DNA of 64,000 bases from Catajapyx aquilonaris (taxonomy: Eukaryota): NCBI GenBank assembly GCA_000934665.2, contig KZ538595.1, positions 1-64,000 of the forward strand, written 5' to 3'. Of the stretch, positions 62,403-64,000 are shown one piece after another. The notes beneath the pieces are model-generated. The model saw only the letters and a list, made by a program, of their open reading frames with translations, was not told where the DNA came from and did no database searches. How positions within the stretch are numbered: the first letter of the stretch is position 1; each line of letters begins with the position of its first letter. Made by a program: the position numbers and the translations under genes.

Positions 62403-63325
62403 TTACAACATAAAGTACAAGTTTGGCACTAGTTGCTGTTGGGGGCTGGATACGTGGCTGAATTCAACTTCAAGGCCTTTGCATGACACTTTCTCAATGC
62501 ACTGTGAAAAGGATGAAACAGTTACTGTTATTGGGCTTCTCACTCTTCTGTAATCAGGCATGATGGAGCTGTTCAAGGTAATTTCAATGCAGTACTCAGA
62601 ACCTGACTTCACTTTGATTGGAGTGTCAAACGTCACTATGTATGGAGCATCCAGTTCATCACCAGTGCATGAGAACAAATCCCTCTGTGAGGACACATCT
62701 TCTACTACACAATCAAGCAGCACTGAACTACTGCAATTCCCAGATTGCCGATCGTATACATTGTAATTATTGGCGACTTGTAATCCAATGAAAGAGCAAA
62801 AAGGAGGATTCTTTACTTTGAAGTTGAAATTAAAGTTGTGAGAGGCCTGAATGGTTATACTCCTCACACTGACTGTGAGAGATCGACAACATGTCAATAC
62901 CCTCCCTTTCCTCCTGGTTTCACCCTCTGTTTCCTTGGAAACCTGCATCTTGGCAATCATCCCGAGCAGATGTGTCGTCAGCTCTTCATGGCTCACCAGC
63001 CTTGTGGGCATCACCACGTTGCTCAGTTCACTCGCTGTCATGGCATCGTATCGGATGTGCGGTTGAAAAGGGGAAAACACCTCCTGGATGGAATCCTCTT
63101 TGGGTGCATTTCTCTTAGCCCTGAGGATGAGAAGGCATCATGTGAAATGGAACTGATTCAATAAAGTGCAACTTGCACAGTAACTTACCATTTGTAGGCA
63201 GCGCTAAATATGGTAACTTCCTTGGCCTCAAGATCAGGTTTGGCAATTATCTTCAAGGCCACATCTTTAGGGAGGGCAGGAAATTCTTCATCCTGCAGCA
63301 CATTCTCAGCATGCTTCTCAATCAT
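62403..63325 (-). CDS. BTB-BACK-PHR-like protein, copy 4 (last two exons; 5' part presumably beyond the window)
   Basis: MIEKHAENVLQDEEFPALPKDVALKIIAKPDLEAKEVTIFSAAYKW exon plus a final exon closely paralogous to copy 3, including similar intron sequence. Confidence 0.8.
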
Positions 63326-64000
63326 CTGGTAAGAATATGACTATGTCAAACCCTTAATTAAAACTTCAACACAGACACTAGCAGTGGGTCAGTGGTAGGA
63401 GGACTTGTCCCAATCTGATACAACTTTTCAGGCCAGGAAGCTGAAGTTTTACAGCTGCAGCATTGTCGGCAGCTTATTTCTGTCAATCCTTGGAGTTTTG
63501 TTATCTATTTTTCCCCATGGCATGGTTTGTGCCGAATGATCATTTCAGGATGTGATGTTTTATATTATCATGTGGGTTTGGCCATCTGCGCAGACTAAAG
63601 ACCACTGAGATATTGAAGGTTTGTCTGGCTTTATGGACTACCAGTGGTTTTCGAAGTGGGGTACATGAACACAATTTCGGGGGTACGCGAAAGATTTTGG
63701 GCAATAGCGTCCGCTTTCTATATTTTGTGAGAACCACGCTAATCTTTCAACAAGAATGAACCAACTTAATTTTGAGGAAAATACAAAAAAAGGTCCTACT
63801 CATTCCTTTTCTCATTTCTTTTTGCTATTAATACGACGTAGACGTATTATACGCGAGGCATTTTCTGACTGCTGCCATTTTCATTCAGCCCATGTGTTGA
63901 AACTCATGAAGCAACATGGCAGTGTTAACTTGAACAACTACTGCTTCTATCATTGAGCTTTGAAACGTTGTGAAGGCTTTTAAAATAAACTCTGGCTGCA

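Overview
Compact eukaryotic genomic DNA with short (~50-70 nt) GT-AG introns; probably an arthropod, inferred from intronless divergent ionotropic receptors (IRs). In order: a 5'-truncated GPAT3/4 gene; a BTB-BACK-PHR-like gene; orphan gene copy A; PNPT1 with a TAA-TSD MITE just upstream; MKKS/BBS6, preceded 91 nt upstream by a spliced 75-aa microprotein resembling the human MKKS uORF product uMKKS1; a FASTK-family gene; TAB1; orphan gene copy B (inverted); six tandem intronless IRs (four intact, one with a single frameshift, one with a single in-frame TAA); a decayed pogo/Tigger-type transposase; MTHFSD; a CCCH-WWE-PARP (PARP12/ZAP-like) gene; and three more BTB-BACK-PHR-like paralogs. Most notable: (1) the apparently conserved uMKKS1-MKKS bicistronic unit, (2) an IR array with a near-identical ~0.5 kb N-terminal cassette joined to diverged, mosaic ligand-binding regions, including a possible stop-readthrough copy, and (3) BTB adaptors with hypervariable C-terminal loops next to a ZAP-like PARP, sharing an upstream sequence module. 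All homology calls come from motif recognition by eye; no searches were run and splice sites were predicted by hand.
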